Part shown: piece by piece, positions 22,498 through 25,356 of the stretch
How positions within the stretch are numbered: the first letter of the stretch is position 1
Layout: every line of letters begins with the position of its first letter
Virus record (IMG/VR): IMGVR_UViG_3300011443_000052
Span: 1 to 25,356 of that record
From: a virus
Taxonomy: Duplodnaviria; Caudoviricetes
DNA length: 25,356 bases
Reading direction: 5' to 3' (one strand)
Position numbers and translations under genes: made by a program
The notes under the pieces: generated by a model
Databases searched by the model: none
Told to the model about the DNA's origin: nothing
Seen by the model: the letters and a program-made list of their open reading frames with translations, nothing else

Positions 22498-22833
22498 TCA
22501 CGACCGGCCGGCGAAGTGGTCGCCCGCGTCGGCGAGCGGCACGTCGGGGAGGTAGATGTACCGTCCCACCGACACGGACTCGGACCACTCGGCGGCTTCG
22601 TGCGCCGCGCGGATCTCGAGGACGCGCCGCTCCATGTCGCGCTGGGTGTTGATGGCCTGTCGACGGACGCGGAGCAGCTCACGCAGTGCGACGACGTTCT
22701 CGCGCTCGAGGTCGGCCCACTGGTAGACCGACCGGTTCTGGCGGTACCAGGCGCGGTCCTTCCACCGCGACCGGATGTTGGCCTCCAGTGCGAAGCCGAT
22801 GTATTCCTGTCGGGCAGCGGTGGCGAGCGACAT
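22498..22833 (-). CDS. Hypothetical protein, 111 aa
   Basis: MSLATAARQEYIGFALEANIRSRW...; GAGGG upstream; protein-like composition. Confidence 0.65.
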   Translation of the reverse strand: MSLATAARQEYIGFALEANIRSRWKDRAWYRQNRSVYQWADLERENVVALRELLRVRRQAINTQRDMERRVLEIRAAHEAAEWSESVSVGRYIYLPDVPLADAGDHFAGRS

Positions 22834-22910
22834 GACGAACCCTCGTGACGGCGTGACGGCGAGTTGGTGCGGCGCCCGGCCAGCCGTCACTCCGGCCGGG
22901 CGCCCTGCGC

Positions 22911-23102
22911 TCAGGCCGCGGGGGGACGTCCTGAGGCGGCGACCCTCCGGTCGCCAGCGGGGCGCAGGAGTACGAGCAGGGCACCGCCCGGTGCCTGCGC
23001 CCCGCTGGTCAACCTGAGGTGGTCGGAGCAGACGGCGAACTGGATCCCGGAGGCGGTCGGTGCGCGGCGGGCCCGCCGACATCCGCTGGCGTTACAGGTC
23101 AC
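22911..23102 (-). CDS. Small hypothetical protein with C-x4-C...C-x2-H motif
   Basis: GTGA-coupled; MTCNASGC...AVCSDH. Confidence 0.5.
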   Translation of the reverse strand: MTCNASGCRRARRAPTASGIQFAVCSDHLRLTSGAQAPGGALLVLLRPAGDRRVAASGRPPAA

Positions 23103-23353
23103 AGCCCGAGCCCGTCCTGTGACCCGGCGATCGGCGCGAACACCGGCCGCTCGCGGAGGAAGTAGCGGGCGATGCGGGCGCCCATCGGCGTCCGCTCGGA
23201 CACGGACTCGATGTCGTAGCCGGCGGCCCGCAGCTCGTAAACGCGGGCCGCCAGGCGGTCACACGCGAGGGCGGTGCGGGCCTCGGCCGGGGTGGCGCCG
23301 TCAGCGCCGCGCGCCCGGAGGAACGCGAGGACGTGCGCCGTGGCGGGCTTCAC
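23099..23353 (-). CDS. Winged HTH DNA-binding protein, 84 aa
   Basis: VLAFLRARG...TPAEA...CDRLAARVYELRAAGYDIES...ARYFL. Confidence 0.8.
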   Translation of the reverse strand: MKPATAHVLAFLRARGADGATPAEARTALACDRLAARVYELRAAGYDIESVSERTPMGARIARYFLRERPVFAPIAGSQDGLGL

Positions 23354-23487
23354 CCGAGGGCCCTCGCCAACTGCTCGATGGTCGTCGCGGATCGGGACAG
23401 GAGCGAGTAGACGACGCTGCCCCCGACGACGAGCAGGAACGCGAGGAACGCGAGGGTCGTGACGAGGCCGGCGAGCGTGCTGTTCAT
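23350..23487 (-). CDS. Small single-TM protein, 45 aa
   Basis: MNSTLAGLVTTLAFLAFLLVVGGSVVYSLL...; ATGA overlap with cro, GAGG upstream. Confidence 0.65.
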   Translation of the reverse strand: MNSTLAGLVTTLAFLAFLLVVGGSVVYSLLSRSATTIEQLARALG

Positions 23488-23678
23488 GCGGTGACCTCTC
23501 TCCCCAGAGCTGCACCTGCCTTCGCGAGCCAGGCGGCCGACGCGGTCCGCTGCCCACACGAGTAGGCGTAGATCGTTCGGGCCGGTGTCTGGGTCGCGAC
23601 GGCGAGCCATTTGATGGACCGTCCCTGTGCGAGCAGGGTGGCCTTCCAGTGGTGTGTCTGCGCTGTCGACTGTTCCAT
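23484..23678 (-). CDS. Cro-like HTH protein, 64 aa
   Basis: LLAQGRSIKWLAVATQTPARTIYAYSCGQRTASAAWLAKAGAALG; divergent from the repressor; first gene of the early operon. Confidence 0.8.
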   Translation of the reverse strand: MEQSTAQTHHWKATLLAQGRSIKWLAVATQTPARTIYAYSCGQRTASAAWLAKAGAALGREVTA

Positions 23679-23688
23679 GTGCACAGCG

Positions 23689-23717
23689 ATATTGGCACCG
23701 CGCCCATTGCGTGTCAA
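23689..23717 (-). promoter_or_regulatory. Early lytic promoter (cro)
   Basis: TTGACA-17 nt-CAATAT with an extended -10 TG; ATG only 10 nt downstream and no SD. Confidence 0.75.
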
Positions 23718-23721
23718 CCCC

Positions 23722-23750
23722 TTTACACCGACCATCGGACCGTGCAAGAT
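23722..23750 (+). promoter_or_regulatory. Repressor promoter
   Basis: TTTACA-17 nt-CAAGAT, back to back with the cro promoter. Confidence 0.6.
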
Positions 23751-23801
23751 GTGCGGTCCGGAGGACGTGGTGCGCGCAAGCACCGCAAAGAGGGGTCCGA
23801 C

Positions 23802-24191
23802 GTGCTCGCCCAGAACGAGCTCGCCCGGGCAACACGGGGTGAGGACTTCAAGCGCCTGGTTCGGGCTGCCGCCGCGCTAGTCGGGATCTACGACGACAAG
23901 GCCCTCGCGGAGGCCGTCGGGCGCCAGCGGAACACCGTCGCCGGATGGTGGAGGGGCGCGAAGCCCGAGCCCGACACGATCCAGCCCCTCGGCAGGGTTA
24001 CCCGCCTGGATGCCGACGAGCTGTACCGCTACCTGTACCTGGGCGGCCCGGTGCCGCGTCTCGCGCAGCCGGGTTCGCCTGCGGATCGGGCGCTCCAAGA
24101 AGGACTGCAGCGGGGTCTGCCACCCCCGCCCGACGAAGGTCCTGAGCAGCCCGGGCCGTTGCCTCCGCAACGGCCTGGCGGAACCGATTGA
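23802..24191 (+). CDS. Immunity repressor (XRE-type HTH), 129 aa
   Basis: GTG with AAAGAGGGG upstream; DKALAEAVGRQRNTVAGWWRGAKPEPDTIQPLGRVTRL; divergent from cro; no recognisable S24 peptidase domain. Confidence 0.8.
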   Translation: MLAQNELARATRGEDFKRLVRAAAALVGIYDDKALAEAVGRQRNTVAGWWRGAKPEPDTIQPLGRVTRLDADELYRYLYLGGPVPRLAQPGSPADRALQEGLQRGLPPPPDEGPEQPGPLPPQRPGGTD

Positions 24192-24330
24192 GGATGGCCT
24201 CCTCGGTGGGCATCTGGGTCCCCGCGCCGTCGTCGACCCGGCGATGGTCGGCCGGCGGGCTGCTCGCCTCGAGCGGTTGAGCATCCACCCGATGGCGGCC
24301 CGTGTCATCCCCGAAGTTGTGTCAGCTTCG

Positions 24331-25320
24331 ATGACAACGGCCCGTCGGCTGTCCACCGGGTATCCACAGTCCGGGACCTACGCGCTCGCGGTCCTGCTCG
24401 TCGCGTTCGCCTCCGCCCAGGCATCGCTCGCGACCGTCTCCCGCATGCTCACCAACATCGGGATCCACGGGACGCCGTTCTCCGACTGGCAGCACTACGC
24501 CATGTCGTGGAACCGGGTGGCCTCCGGCGGCCCGCTCTACGACCCGGCGCAGCTCGCGGGTCCATTCCACTTCCCCGACATGCTGTTCACCGGGTGGGCG
24601 TACTCGCCGCCCTCCGTGATCCTGTGGGCGCCGTTCGCCTGGTGGCCGGGCGGGTACGTCTTGTGGACGGTCGTCAACGTCGGGCTGCTGCTGACGGCCC
24701 TGTGGGCGGCGAGCTCCCGCCAGTGGCGCGCACACCGGCTGATCGCGTTCGGCGTGATCCTCCTGGTCCTCGGTCTGTACCCGCCGTTCATCGAGGCGGC
24801 GTCACTCGGCAACCCGGACCTCGCGCTCGCGGGGCTGCTCATGTGGGCGTGGCTGAGTCCGCGGTGGGCCGTCGCCGCCGGGGTGCTCGGCGGGCTGGCG
24901 AAGCTCGCTCCCGCCGCGATCCTGCTCTGGGTCAGCCGGGACGGCCGGCGGTACACCGTCGCGGGCTTCGCCATCCTTGCGGGGGTGTCGCTCCTGCTGC
25001 TGCCGCTGTCGGGGGCATGGCTGGACTTCGCGACGACGCTGCGCCTCGCGCAGGCGCCCTGCGGCGGGGAGAACGTGGCGGTGGCGTGCCTGTTCCCCGA
25101 CCCGGTCGTCGGGCGGACAGTGGGCATCCTGCTCGCGGGGACGATGTCCGTGGCGTCGGCGTTCGTCCCGTCCCGCTGGTTCGGGTTCGCCCTCGCCTGT
25201 CTCGCGTACCCGGTCGCGAACCCGGATCTCCGCGGCCACACGTTCCTGCCGCTCGTCCCAGTCGTGGTCGCCGGGGCGATGGAGATCACACGCCGTCGAT
25301 GGTCAGGTTGTACTGCTTGA
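24331..25320 (+). CDS. GT87-like (GT-C fold) polytopic membrane glycosyltransferase, probable lysogenic conversion gene
   Basis: DWQHY...GGPLYDP...AYSPP..ILWAPF...LWTVVN...GNPD...LAKLAP with many TM segments; start codon uncertain. Confidence 0.85.
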   Translation: MTTARRLSTGYPQSGTYALAVLLVAFASAQASLATVSRMLTNIGIHGTPFSDWQHYAMSWNRVASGGPLYDPAQLAGPFHFPDMLFTGWAYSPPSVILWAPFAWWPGGYVLWTVVNVGLLLTALWAASSRQWRAHRLIAFGVILLVLGLYPPFIEAASLGNPDLALAGLLMWAWLSPRWAVAAGVLGGLAKLAPAAILLWVSRDGRRYTVAGFAILAGVSLLLLPLSGAWLDFATTLRLAQAPCGGENVAVACLFPDPVVGRTVGILLAGTMSVASAFVPSRWFGFALACLAYPVANPDLRGHTFLPLVPVVVAGAMEITRRRWSGCTA

Positions 25321-25356
25321 GGTCCGCGGCGAGAAAGGTGCCGGCGTCGTCCACCG

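Larger units (their letters stand above)
1..25356. mobile_element. Temperate phage genome segment (siphovirus-like, HK97-type head), probably the non-integrated form
   Basis: Contiguous terminase, portal, capsid, tail, lysis, integrase and cI/cro modules; phage genes on both sides of an apparently intact attP; no host housekeeping genes. Confidence 0.95.

Noticed and set aside
22834-22910. GC-rich gap with possible pairing (CGTCACGCCGTCACG repeat, TGACGGC/GCCGTCA) as an ncRNA or terminator
   Set aside because: Pairing is plausible by chance at this GC content, there is no U-tract, and it matches no RNA family I recognise
814-23565. Many long plus-strand and alternate-frame ORFs (e.g. 814-2145, 3327-4598, 5192-6349, 11986-13014, 17255-18325)
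   Set aside because: Antisense or shifted shadows of well-supported minus-strand genes in high-GC DNA; no recognisable motifs
24010-24330. Upstream extension of the GT87 ORF to 436 aa
   Set aside because: Overlaps the repressor and is not protein-like; the hydrophobic GT-C sequence begins only after about 24331
24350-24369. DnaA-box-like TGTCCACCG / GTATCCACA
   Set aside because: Only one near-consensus box plus a poor one, probably inside a coding region; not enough for an origin call

Overview
The whole window is a high-GC temperate siphovirus-type genome segment; the host cannot be determined from the sequence (a high-GC host such as Actinomycetota or Chloroflexota is a guess). Almost all genes are on the minus strand. 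Reading right to left: GT87-like glycosyltransferase and repressor (+ strand) / cro-led early operon (HTH proteins, ERF recombinase, two HNHs, replication initiator with internal iteron-like repeats, LuxR-type regulator, RlpA-like protein, xis, tyrosine integrase) / an apparently intact attP / lysis cassette / likely packaging region / HNH, TerL, portal / three glycosyltransferase-like genes / protease-major capsid fusion / head-tail and tail genes with a -1 frameshift chaperone, tape measure, tail tip and a truncated fibre gene. Two candidate systems stand out. (1) The portal carries a C-terminal Mu Com-like zinc ribbon, and the capsid gene leader has a duplicated bipartite motif whose second copy base-pairs over the Shine-Dalgarno, suggesting portal-coupled translational activation of capsid synthesis. 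(2) A three-glycosyltransferase cassette sits in the head module, while capsid and tail tube both end in Gly-Ser and several virion proteins carry GSGS loops, suggesting virion O-glycosylation. All calls are from manual motif reading; no searches or folding programs were run.
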